The translations under genes and the position numbers were made by a program. Below the pieces are notes generated by a model that had not been told where the DNA came from, did no database searches, and saw only the letters and a program-made list of their open reading frames with translations. From contig JACRLI010000004.1 in assembly GCA_016235265.1 (NCBI GenBank), forward strand, positions 171,485 through 235,484: a DNA stretch of 64,000 nucleotides. The letters are read 5' to 3'. Origin of the DNA: Candidatus Eiseniibacteriota bacterium. Its GTDB lineage: Bacteria; Eisenbacteria; RBG-16-71-46; JACRLI01. Within the stretch, counting starts at the first letter, position 1; every line of letters starts with the position of its first letter. This document shows positions 18,772 to 27,459 of this stretch, piece after piece.

Positions 18772-21265
18772 CGAGGATGCTCCGCAGCAGCGTGCGGGTG
18801 GTCTCCTTCTCGGGGATGGGCCAGCCGTGCTGCACGTCGGGGTCCTGCTGCTGCGCCGGGCGCAGGATGGGCAGCCCCACGCACGAGGGGCAGCCGGCGG
18901 CGCAGGGGCATTCCTCCAGCAGGTCGCGCGCGGCGCGCAGGGCGTCCTCGAAACGCTGGAAACCCTGCTCGGCGAAGCCCAGCCCGCCGGGATAGCGATC
19001 GTAGAGGAACATGGTGGGCTTGCCGAAATTGGCGGAGTCCACGATGCCGCCCAGGTCGGAGCGGTCGCACATGGACATCAGCGGCACGATGGTGATGAGC
19101 AGGTTGCGCAGCCCCACCAGCCCCTCCACCGGGTTGCGGCCCTGGCGCACCACGTCCAGCCACGCCCGATCCGAGGGGCGGAACCACATCGCCTGGGTAT
19201 CCAGCTTGAGCCGCGGCAGCTCCAGCGCGCGGTAGCCGATGGAATCCAGCGAGTGGAACTTGATCTTCTTGAACCCCACCGTGGCCCACGAAACGGTGGC
19301 CTCGCCGGTGCGCGCCATTTCGCCGGGAAGGAACTCGCGCTCCGCGCCCTGCCTCGTCACGCGCAGGTTGGAGTCCAGCACCGCCTGGGTGTAGTAGTCC
19401 ACCTGGCGCTTCTCCACGTAGGCCACCTTCTGCGCCAGGTCCAGCTCGCGCACGAAGAACGTGTCGCCCTCGTGCAGGTAGATGGCCTCGGGGTAGACCA
19501 GCTCCGGTGCGCTGATGGCGTCCACCGTGGCCAGCACCGCGTTCTCGCGCCCGGAGTCCACGATGGTGAAGGTGTCGTCGGAGATGGTGCGCAGCGGCGT
19601 GCGCGCGGCGGGGAACTCGGTGCTGGACCAGTACCACGCGCCCTCGAGCTGCTTGAGCTGCCCCTCCTCCTCCAGGATGCGCGCCACCTCGCCCGCCAGC
19701 GGCCCGAACCACTCGTCGTCGCCGGGACGGATGGGCAGCTCGTAGGCCGCGCACGCCAGGTGCGAGGCCAGGATGTGCGGGTTCTCGGGGTCAATCACCG
19801 CGGCCTCGGGCGAAGCGGCGAAGAAATACTCGGGGTGGCGCATCAGGTACTGGTCGATGGGGTCGTTGTACGCCACCAGCACCGCCATGCTGGGGTGCCG
19901 CCCGCGCCCCGCGCGGCCCGCCTGCTGCCACGCGGAGGCGATGGTGGTGGGAAAGCCCACCAGGATGGACGCGTCCAGGCTGCCCACGTCGATCCCCAGC
20001 TCCAGCGCGTTGGTGCTCACCACGCCCTTGAGCTCGCCCGAGAACAGCCGGCGCTCGATGTCGCGCCGCTCCTCGGGCAGGTAGCCGCCCCGGTAGGGGC
20101 TGACCGCCTCGGCCAGGTCGCGCCGGTCGCGCGAGAGCGCCTCGCGCGCGTAGCGGTAGATCAACTCCGCCGTCACCCGCGCCCGGGTGAACACGATGCT
20201 CTGGACGTCGTCGCGCACCAGCGAGGTGAACAACTCCTGGCCCTCGACGTTGCTGCTGCGCCGCTCCATCTTCGCGTCGTCCAGGAACGGCGGGTTCCAG
20301 AACACAAAGTGCCGCGGCCCGCGCGGCGAACCGTCCTGGTCCACCAGGTCCACGGGCATGCCGAAGAGCGCCTCCGCCAGCTCCGAGGGGTTGCGGATGG
20401 TGGCCGAGGAGGCGATGAACACCGGGTCGGCGCCGTAGTGGCGCGCCACGCGCCGCAACCGGCGCAGCACGTGGGCCACGTGCGAGCCGAAGATGCCGCG
20501 GTAGCTGTGGATCTCGTCCACCACCACGTAGCGCAGCGAGGCGTAGAAGCGCGCCCAGCGGTCGTGATAGGGCAGCACCCCCTGGTGCAGCATGTCGGGG
20601 TTGGTGAGCACCACGTTGCCGGTGTCACGCAGCTTCTTGCGCGTGTGCGGGGTGGTGTCGCCGTCGTAGGTGCCGGCGCGCACCAGGTCGCCCAGCTCCG
20701 GCGCGCCGTCGGCCAGCCTGCGCAGCGCCTTGAGCTGGTCCTGCGCCAGCGCCTTGGTGGGGAAGAGGTAGAACGCGGTCGCGCCCGGCTCGGCCATCAG
20801 CCGCTCCAGCACCGGGAGGTTGTAGCACAGCGTCTTGCCGGAGGCCGTGCCGCTCACCACCACCAGGCTCCTGCCCTCGCGCGCCAGGTCCACGGCGCGC
20901 GCCTGGTGCCGGTAGAGCCGGGTGATCCCCGCGCGCTCCAGCGAGGCCGCGAGGGGCGCCGGGAGCGGCGCGGTGGGTTCGGCCCAGGCGGCTTCGCGAG
21001 GCGGGATGCGCTGCACGTGGACCACCTGGCCCGCGTAGTCGCGGCGGTGGGTGAGCTCCGCGAGGAAGCGGTCGAAATCGAACGACGGGCGGGCCGCGCG
21101 AGGGTCGGAGACGCGCGGCTTCCCGGGCGGATTCGGGAGCGACGCGGGGTCGTGACGCGTGGCCGGCACCAGCCCGAAGTCGGCGAAGAGGTTCTCTGGC
21201 GGCGGGCGGTGCGAGCCGGGATCCAGCACGCCGCCGTTGCTGCCGTCGAACTCGCCGCGCTTCAC
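18761..21265 (-). CDS. mrfA: DEAD/DEAH-box helicase with C-terminal DUF1998 Zn-binding domain, YprA/MrfA-like
   Basis: Motif I is SGTASGKT, motif II is VVDEIH, and the helicase C region contains QQAGRAGR. The C-terminal cysteine cluster is CPCAAGCPSC. I set the start to GTG at 21263-21265, which overlaps the upstream stop (GTGA). The rest of the 957-aa ORF looks like a GC-artefact extension. Confidence 0.85.
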   Translation of the reverse strand: MKRGEFDGSNGGVLDPGSHRPPPENLFADFGLVPATRHDPASLPNPPGKPRVSDPRAARPSFDFDRFLAELTHRRDYAGQVVHVQRIPPREAAWAEPTAPLPAPLAASLERAGITRLYRHQARAVDLAREGRSLVVVSGTASGKTLCYNLPVLERLMAEPGATAFYLFPTKALAQDQLKALRRLADGAPELGDLVRAGTYDGDTTPHTRKKLRDTGNVVLTNPDMLHQGVLPYHDRWARFYASLRYVVVDEIHSYRGIFGSHVAHVLRRLRRVARHYGADPVFIASSATIRNPSELAEALFGMPVDLVDQDGSPRGPRHFVFWNPPFLDDAKMERRSSNVEGQELFTSLVRDDVQSIVFTRARVTAELIYRYAREALSRDRRDLAEAVSPYRGGYLPEERRDIERRLFSGELKGVVSTNALELGIDVGSLDASILVGFPTTIASAWQQAGRAGRGRHPSMAVLVAYNDPIDQYLMRHPEYFFAASPEAAVIDPENPHILASHLACAAYELPIRPGDDEWFGPLAGEVARILEEEGQLKQLEGAWYWSSTEFPAARTPLRTISDDTFTIVDSGRENAVLATVDAISAPELVYPEAIYLHEGDTFFVRELDLAQKVAYVEKRQVDYYTQAVLDSNLRVTRQGAEREFLPGEMARTGEATVSWATVGFKKIKFHSLDSIGYRALELPRLKLDTQAMWFRPSDRAWLDVVRQGRNPVEGLVGLRNLLITIVPLMSMCDRSDLGGIVDSANFGKPTMFLYDRYPGGLGFAEQGFQRFEDALRAARDLLEECPCAAGCPSCVGLPILRPAQQQDPDVQHGWPIPEKETTRTLLRSILGGV

Positions 21266-22485
21266 CGGTGCGCACCCCGCGCGCGCTCCACCGAGCCCAC
21301 GCGCCAGCGCGAGCCGTCGAAGTGCATGCCGAAGCGGAAGGTGTCGGAACCGAGCCGGCTGGCCAGGAACACCGAGTCGGACTCCGTGTGGCCGGCCTGC
21401 AGCCGCCAGGACCCCTCGGGCAGCACCGCGTCGAGGCGCTGCGCCTCGGCGGCGTCCATCACGGCGGCGTCCCACGCGAAGCGGGACGCCTCGTCGCGTC
21501 CGCGCGGCAGCGATTCCAGGAACCCGGCCAGCGCCGCGTAGGGCGAGTCCTCCGGCTGCTCGGTCACGAACGTGAGGCTCCCCGCCCCCAGGCGCCAGAT
21601 GCGGCTCACGTAACGCCGCGGGCACGCGGCGCACTCTTCAAACGGACCGTGGCCCACCGGGCGGCGGATCACCAGCAGCGGCGCGGCGCCCGGCTGTTCC
21701 ACGAATCCGGGGTCCAGCCCGGCCGTCACCTCCCCGGTGATGGCGGCCGCGCCGGCCAGCGAGTCCGCGGGTGGCAGCGAGTCCCACGACGCCCATCCCC
21801 CCCTGCCCTGCAGGTCCAGGCCGTCGAATGCGAAGCGCGGCCCCTCGGCGGTGGAGATCACGCCGGCCGCGGCGGCGTGCAACCCGTCGTGGGTGAACCA
21901 TGCGGCGGACGCGACGCGCGTGGGGTTGCTGATCTGCAGCGACACCCAGCCGATGCGCCCGCCCAGCCGGTAGAAGAGGTAAGGCGCGCGGTAGCGCACC
22001 GCCGCCCGCGGACGGAAGGTGACCAGCACGGCCCGGGCGTCGCCCGGCGCCCGGGCCAGCTCCGCGGGGACACCCATCGAGTCCAGCAGCTTGCGCAGCA
22101 CCGGCAGGCCCGGCATGGAGTCCGCGGACGGCGGCGCCATGGAGGACAGCGCGCGCGCCCAGAGGTCGAAGCCGCGGCGCATCGAGGCGGGATCGGCGCC
22201 GGGATCCACGCCCAGCAGCGAATCGCCGCTGTCCAGCCAGGTTCCCGCGGAGTCCGGCGCGGGTGGCGGCGGAAGCTGGGCCGCGGTCTGCGGCCCGCGC
22301 GGGCCGCGACGCAGGCAGCCCGCGCGCTCGGCCACCGCCAGCAAGCCGCCCACGCCGAAGATCATCACCACCAGCAGCACGCCGACGGCGATGCGCAGGC
22401 TGGGCGGGCCGGGCAGGCGGGAGGGGCCATTCCCGGGGGCGTTTCCGGGGACGTCCGGGGACCCAGGGGAGCCCGGCGCGCTCAT
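21262..22485 (-). CDS. hypothetical membrane-anchored protein
   Basis: It has a Pro/Gly-rich N-terminus, one TM helix (IAVGVLLVVMIFGVGGLLAV) and a large domain with no match I recognise. It is translationally coupled on both sides. Confidence 0.55.
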   Translation of the reverse strand: MSAPGSPGSPDVPGNAPGNGPSRLPGPPSLRIAVGVLLVVMIFGVGGLLAVAERAGCLRRGPRGPQTAAQLPPPPAPDSAGTWLDSGDSLLGVDPGADPASMRRGFDLWARALSSMAPPSADSMPGLPVLRKLLDSMGVPAELARAPGDARAVLVTFRPRAAVRYRAPYLFYRLGGRIGWVSLQISNPTRVASAAWFTHDGLHAAAAGVISTAEGPRFAFDGLDLQGRGGWASWDSLPPADSLAGAAAITGEVTAGLDPGFVEQPGAAPLLVIRRPVGHGPFEECAACPRRYVSRIWRLGAGSLTFVTEQPEDSPYAALAGFLESLPRGRDEASRFAWDAAVMDAAEAQRLDAVLPEGSWRLQAGHTESDSVFLASRLGSDTFRFGMHFDGSRWRVGSVERARGAHR

Positions 22486-23879
22486 GGACCGGTCTTCCCG
22501 GGCTTGCGCTCAGCCTCGCCTGCCGGGCCCGAGCGCTTCTTCGATGGTGGCGTGTGCCGCCTCTCCGGAGCGGGCGGGGTGGAAGTGTCCACTTCGTAGC
22601 CGAAGTACGCCCAGCGCCGGTCGCGCTGGCCGCCGAAGACGCGCAGCCGGCCCACCGCGGGATGCGAGACGGTCATGGTGTCGAAGCGCGCGCCGAAAGA
22701 CTCGAGCCTCCAACCCGAGGAGGCCTTGTCCCAGGGCAGGGCCGCGATGCTGTCCAGGGCGGCCGCGCTGCGCGCGTAGGGCAGCGCCCATTCCTTGTGC
22801 CCGCGCGCCAGCGCTTCCATCACCCAGGACGAGGGGCCAAAGGAGGACGGGTCCAGGCCGCGGGACCTGGTGTGCAGGGAATCGGCGTGCACTTCGTAGC
22901 GGCTCCGGAGCAGCACGTTGGTCTGCGTGGGCGGGTTGCTGAAGAGGTTCGATACCTGGATCTGGATCACGTCCAGACGCGGGAACTCGGAGGTGGGTGA
23001 ATCCAGTCCGACGGTGGCGTTGCGGCCGAACCTGGATTCGTCGTACGTCGCGACGGGCTTCCAGCCTTCCGGATCGCGCCGCAGCACCTGCAGGCTGTAG
23101 CGGGAAACTGCCGAGCCCACGCCCTGGAGGCTCATGATGGCATAGTCCCGGCCGCCTTCCGTCCAGGCGCGGACGGCCTGCCCGGAGAAGCAGCACGGGT
23201 CCGGGGACGGCAGGCGCACCGAGCCGACGCCCGTCGGAGTCCTGTCCATGAGGTACAGGGCGGTCTCATCGGGACGCATGCCGTTGTAGAAGGTGACGAG
23301 GATCGGGAAGCCGCGCTGCTTCGAGCGCTGGACGTTGGCGCGCAGGCCGTGGTCGGTGAGGTACTGCGGGCCGCGGGAGTCTTCGAGGACGCGGTCTCCC
23401 AGGGCCACCACGAGCACGTGCAGCGCTTCGATGAAGCACTGCCAGGCCTTCGGGTGGTCCAGCGCGGGGCCGGTGTACTTCGGATCCGTCTCGCGAATCA
23501 GGAGCGTCTGGCCCTGCGAGACCAGCTGCAGCACGCTGTCCTCCACGGCGCGGGGCAGGACCAGCGGGCCCGTCTCCTGCGGGGCGTTCTCCTCGGCGGC
23601 GGTGGCGGCACCGGCGGGAGCGGCACCGGCGGGAGCGGCACTGGCGGGAGCGGCGCTGGCGGGAGCGGCACCGGCAGGAGCGGCGGGGGCCACGCCCGGA
23701 CCGGTGATGAGTCCGAGTGCCAGGGCGAGGCCGGCGAGCCACACCACCCAGGAGCGGCCCGAGTACCACCGCACCGGGGCGCAACCGACGGGCCACCGCG
23801 CCGGGGCGGAACCGGTGAGGCACTGCGCCATGGCGGGGCGGCATGCCACCGAAGGGGACGGTCGCGCGTCACGGATCAT
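22482..23879 (-). CDS. hypothetical membrane-anchored/secreted protein with an Ala-Pro repeat linker
   Basis: It has a TM or signal segment (WVVWLAGLALALGLI), a (APAGA/APASA)n linker and a roughly 350-aa domain of unknown type. Confidence 0.55.
   Translation of the reverse strand: MIRDARPSPSVACRPAMAQCLTGSAPARWPVGCAPVRWYSGRSWVVWLAGLALALGLITGPGVAPAAPAGAAPASAAPASAAPAGAAPAGAATAAEENAPQETGPLVLPRAVEDSVLQLVSQGQTLLIRETDPKYTGPALDHPKAWQCFIEALHVLVVALGDRVLEDSRGPQYLTDHGLRANVQRSKQRGFPILVTFYNGMRPDETALYLMDRTPTGVGSVRLPSPDPCCFSGQAVRAWTEGGRDYAIMSLQGVGSAVSRYSLQVLRRDPEGWKPVATYDESRFGRNATVGLDSPTSEFPRLDVIQIQVSNLFSNPPTQTNVLLRSRYEVHADSLHTRSRGLDPSSFGPSSWVMEALARGHKEWALPYARSAAALDSIAALPWDKASSGWRLESFGARFDTMTVSHPAVGRLRVFGGQRDRRWAYFGYEVDTSTPPAPERRHTPPSKKRSGPAGEAERKPGKTGP
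23607..23681. repeat. in-frame 15-bp tandem repeat, 5 copies (ggcaccggcgggagc and variants)
   Basis: I counted the copies directly: 23607-21, 22-36, 37-51, 52-66 and 67-81. The repeat encodes the AP(A/S)GA linker of the 22482..23879 product. Confidence 0.9.
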
Positions 23880-23913
23880 CGGGTTCCTCCCCTGCGCCCG
23901 GGCGGACCGCCCG

Positions 23914-24876
23914 TCACAGGGCCAGTCCGTCCCGCCGGAGCATCTCCTGCATCAGCATCGCGTTTGCGGCCGCGTGCCCGGCGTGGCAGTTGTTGAAGAA
24001 GACGTAGGTGCGGGCCGCCTGCGAAGCCAGCTCGCGGATTCTATGGAGCCACTCGCGCAGCTCCGCCTCGTTGTAGTCGTAGTCGTAGCGGTCCCCCCCG
24101 CCCCGGCCCCACCAGTTGGCGGCGTTGCGGCCGTGGAGGCGGACGTAGCCCGTCCCGGTGGTGGCGACCGCACGCGGCGGCACCAGCCCCGGCAGGGCGG
24201 GCTCATCCACACAACAATAGCCGATTCCGCGCTCTCTCAAGAGGCCGAACACGTCGGGCCGGTCCCACTCGTCGCGGCGGAACTCCACGTGGAGCGGATC
24301 GTCCGGGAAGGCGTTTCGCAGGAAGTCCAGGTGCCGCAGACTCTCCGGGGCATATCGGAACGCCCAAGGGAACTGGGCCAGCAGACCCTTCAGCTTTCCG
24401 GACTCCCGCAGAGGCTCCAGCGCCGCGAGGAACTCGCGGTACAGGGAGGGGTCGGTGGAGCCCCTGTGGGTCATGTCCTGGTGGAGCTTCACCATGAACT
24501 CGAAGCCCGGGGGCGTCTTGCGCTCCATTTGCTCCATGGTGCGCGGGGGCGGGATGCGGTAGTAAGTGGCGTTCACCTCCACCACCGGAAACTGCCGGGC
24601 GTAGTGCGGGAGCATGGCGGACTTGGGGGTGCCCGAGGGGTAGAACGGACCGAGCCAGTCGGCGAAGGAGTAGCCGGAGGTGCCCACGACGACGGGGGAA
24701 GTGGCGGAGGGGTGGACGACGGGGGGCGCGGGCGCGGCGTCGGAACCTTCGGAGGACGCGGCCGGACCATCCCCGGGCGCGGGCTGCCGCGAGGACTCGG
24801 ACTGCGGCACGGGTGCGTCCTCAGCCCACAGGCAGGGCTGCGAGTCCGACTTGCGGCTGCGGCGGGAAGGTGGCAT
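23914..24876 (-). CDS. DUF72 (YecE-like) family protein with a roughly 60-aa low-complexity N-terminal extension
   Basis: VVVGTSGYSFADWLGPFYP...LPHYARQFPVVEVNATYYRIP matches the DUF72 N-terminal signature. The ATG lies 15 nt after the dinB stop. Confidence 0.8.
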   Translation of the reverse strand: MPPSRRSRKSDSQPCLWAEDAPVPQSESSRQPAPGDGPAASSEGSDAAPAPPVVHPSATSPVVVGTSGYSFADWLGPFYPSGTPKSAMLPHYARQFPVVEVNATYYRIPPPRTMEQMERKTPPGFEFMVKLHQDMTHRGSTDPSLYREFLAALEPLRESGKLKGLLAQFPWAFRYAPESLRHLDFLRNAFPDDPLHVEFRRDEWDRPDVFGLLRERGIGYCCVDEPALPGLVPPRAVATTGTGYVRLHGRNAANWWGRGGGDRYDYDYNEAELREWLHRIRELASQAARTYVFFNNCHAGHAAANAMLMQEMLRRDGLAL

Positions 24877-24891
24877 GGCGCGGCCCCGTTC

Positions 24892-26163
24892 TCAGTCCCT
24901 GCAGATCATCGCGCCCGCGCGCACCAGCACGTCTTCCCCCAGGCGGTCGCGCAGCGCGTCCACGGCCTCGATCATGATACGGGAGCGCCGCTCCACCGGG
25001 AACAGCAGCTGCTGAGGGTCCGGGGACATCCGGGTGAGCTCGGACAGGGAGACCCCGAGCAGGCGGACGCCGCGGTGCCTGCGGCTCGCGAGCGAGGAGA
25101 CGTCCCGCGCCTCCGTGGCGGTGTTGACTTCCGCCTCCTGCAGCCGCCGGAACAGCGCCGCCGCCGCCCGGTAGATCTCCAGCCCACCGCTCACCCAGCT
25201 ACCCAGCCGCTGCTGCCCCTGCCGGGTGGTGAAATCCCCCTGCCGCACCTTCACGCTCACCACGCGACCGGCGAAGCCCTGGGCGCGCGCGCGGCGGGCC
25301 ACCTGGTCGCTGAGGCGCAGCAGGTGCGCGTGCAGCCTCTCGGGATCGGCTTCGTCGCGCGCCAGGGTGTGCTCGTGGCCGATGGACTTGGCGTCGGGCG
25401 ACTGGTCGTAGGGCACCACCGGCGAGTCGTCCTCGCCGCGGGCCACCAGCTTCAGCCCCGGCCCCACCACGCCGAAAGTCGCGGAGAGGATCTCGCGGGG
25501 TGCGGCCGCGAGCTGGTTCACGGTCAGGATGCCCAGCGCGTTCATGGCCTTCGCGGTGGCTTCCCCCACCCCCCACAGTTCCTGGACCGGCTGGGGGCCG
25601 AAGTGCCTTCGGAAGTCGGCCTCCGAGAAGCAGGTCAGTCCCTCGGGCTTGTGCACCCCGGAGGCCATCTTGGCCACGAACTTGTTCGGCCCGATGCCCA
25701 CCGAGGCGGTGAGGCGCAGCTCGTCACGGATGCGCCGCTGGATGCGCGATGCCAGCGCCAGCATGCCCGGCCTGCCCCGCACCTGCCCGGTAAGTTCCAG
25801 GAACGCCTCGTCGATGCTGAATGGTTCGACGGTGGGGCTGGCCGAGCGCAGGATGTCCAGCACCTCCAGGGAGAGGTGGATGTACTTGGTCGGGTCCCCC
25901 TCCACGAACTCGCCGTGGGGACAGAGCCGGCGCGCCTCGGCCACCGGCATGCCACAGCGCACCCCGAAGGGCCGGGCCTCGTAGGAAGCGGTGGCCACCA
26001 CCCCGCGCCCCTGGGTGCTGCCGCACACCATCACCGGACGGCCCCGCAGGCGGGGGTTGAAGAGCTGCTCCACCGAGGCAAAGAAGGCGTCCATGTCCAC
26101 GTGGAACACCACGCGGCGGAGCGATGGCTCCCCGGGGGAGCGGGAAACGGGCTCCACTCTCAT
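24892..26163 (-). CDS. dinB: DNA polymerase IV (Y-family)
   Basis: From the internal Met the sequence is MRVEPVS...VVFHVDMDAFFASVEQ, then SIDEAFLEL and VGIGPNKFVAKMAS. The product is 423 aa, and I verified the ATG at 26161-26163. The upstream part of the 802-aa ORF is non-genic-looking. Confidence 0.9.
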   Translation of the reverse strand: MRVEPVSRSPGEPSLRRVVFHVDMDAFFASVEQLFNPRLRGRPVMVCGSTQGRGVVATASYEARPFGVRCGMPVAEARRLCPHGEFVEGDPTKYIHLSLEVLDILRSASPTVEPFSIDEAFLELTGQVRGRPGMLALASRIQRRIRDELRLTASVGIGPNKFVAKMASGVHKPEGLTCFSEADFRRHFGPQPVQELWGVGEATAKAMNALGILTVNQLAAAPREILSATFGVVGPGLKLVARGEDDSPVVPYDQSPDAKSIGHEHTLARDEADPERLHAHLLRLSDQVARRARAQGFAGRVVSVKVRQGDFTTRQGQQRLGSWVSGGLEIYRAAAALFRRLQEAEVNTATEARDVSSLASRRHRGVRLLGVSLSELTRMSPDPQQLLFPVERRSRIMIEAVDALRDRLGEDVLVRAGAMICRD

Positions 26164-26504
26164 CGTGCCTGCTCGCTCGTCTGCAGACCGCCCATTGTCC
26201 GAGCCTTCGTCTGCCGACTGAGCGGCCCCGGTGCGGGGTGCTGTTCTGCCTGCTGCAGTCCGTTCCGCACCGGGACCGGGATTTGGGTCAGGGGGCGGAG
26301 CCTGGAGGCCGCGCCGAAGCCGGTCTCCGGGTCGCCCCCCGCGGGCGCTGCCCCTCGGGAGTGCGATCACCCCGGGAGCCGGCCGGCCGGCCGCTCCCGT
26401 TTCCCGCGGGGCGCTGCGCGCCCGGAATTCAGGTGGCTGGATGGAATCGTGGGGCGTGATCGTGACGGCGTTTCCGCCGGGTTCCTCTCGATTCGATGCC
26501 TCCC

Positions 26505-26759
26505 TCACGCTCCATCCAGCCACACCTTTGCCAGGGTCCACTGCATCTTGCGGGCGTCGTATGCCAGTTCGAAGTAGTCGGAGGTTTCGCCCAGCACCGA
26601 GTAGTAATGGATGCGGGCATCCCCCTCCTTGCGAACCCACTCCCCGGTCACCTTCGAAACCTTCACCACGCGGGTGCGCCACTTGAATCGGAGCGGCTGC
26701 GCGTGGCCCTCGGAAAAAACGGAGATGACTTCGATCGGTTCCTGGACCGACTGGATCAC
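26505..26759 (-). CDS. small hypothetical protein (about 84 aa)
   Basis: The ORF lies in the lexA-dinB block. A GTG start is preceded by GGAAGG-N5. The product (PLRFKWRTRVVKVSKVTGEW...YFELAYDARKMQWTLAKVWL) looks beta-rich. I cannot assign a family with confidence. Confidence 0.45.
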   Translation of the reverse strand: MIQSVQEPIEVISVFSEGHAQPLRFKWRTRVVKVSKVTGEWVRKEGDARIHYYSVLGETSDYFELAYDARKMQWTLAKVWLDGA

Positions 26760-26804
26760 GGGGCCCCTTCCAAAGGGCGGCGAGCGGCCACCCACCAAGC
26801 GGTT

Positions 26805-27281
26805 CTACAGGCGATCCTCGTCCCAGAGCCGGTTCGAGCGGAGCTTCAGGCGCAGGGCCGGGAACGCCTGCATGAGTCGCAGGCTGGTGAGCCCGCGCAC
26901 CTCCCGGGTCACGGACTCGGGGCGGTGCAGGCCGTCCAGCTCCACCAATACGTCCAGGCGGTCGGGGTTGGTGGCCACCGACACCAGCCGGTAGCCGGAC
27001 TGCTCCGACAGTTCCTCCAGCGCCTGGTTCAGCTCGAACGCCACGTCGCCCACCAGCACCGGCTTGCGGCCCACGGTGAACAGCGAGACCAGGTGCAGGC
27101 ATTCCAGCGCGACCATCTCCACGGCGCGCTTGCCCTGCGCGGTTCCCGCGGCCCCGGCCCCGGCGCCGGCTCCGGCCGCGCGCCTCACGGGCAGGGGGGT
27201 GATGCGCGCCGGGGACGAGCCGGGAGCTCCCTGTGAAGTGCGGGCGGCCGGACGATCGAACCTCGGAAATGCGGTCGACAT
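26805..27281 (-). CDS. IS200/IS605 TnpA (Y1 transposase)-fold protein, apparently catalytically dead and truncated
   Basis: After a low-complexity A/G/P-rich N-terminus, the segment LHLVSLFTVGRKPVLVGDVAFELNQALEELSEQSGYRLVSVATNPDRLDVLVEL...VRGLTSLRLMQAFPALRLKLRSNRLW follows the IS200 TnpA pattern. However, the HUH position reads LDV, and the ORF stops before the catalytic-Tyr helix. An AAGGAG lies 7 nt upstream of the ATG at 27281. Confidence 0.55.
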   Translation of the reverse strand: MSTAFPRFDRPAARTSQGAPGSSPARITPLPVRRAAGAGAGAGAAGTAQGKRAVEMVALECLHLVSLFTVGRKPVLVGDVAFELNQALEELSEQSGYRLVSVATNPDRLDVLVELDGLHRPESVTREVRGLTSLRLMQAFPALRLKLRSNRLWDEDRL

Positions 27282-27459
27282 GGCATGACTCCTTGCGCAA
27301 ATGTGCAGTTCAGGGGTGCACCTGCCCCACCGCGATGCGCGTCGGGGGGCCCTACGCACAGCGCGCGAGATGTTGATTCTTCGGCCCGGCCGCGCCGGGA
27401 CTCAAGGTGGGAGCGAACGAACCGGCGCTTCGCCGGACCGATCTCCGGGCTGCGCCCGG

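Noticed and set aside
18761-21265. The helicase with DUF1998 as part of a DISARM/Druantia-type phage defence system.
   Set aside because: The helicase and DUF1998 are fused and are followed by an RNase H-like exonuclease, which is the MrfA/MrfB (YprA/YprB) repair arrangement. I saw no PLD nuclease, DrmD/E or adjacent methylase. The context is lexA/dinB.
26805-27281. An active IS200/IS605 insertion sequence.
   Set aside because: The HUH triad and the catalytic-Tyr region are missing, there is no tnpB, and I saw no flanking subterminal hairpins. I report it as a domesticated or degenerate fold instead.
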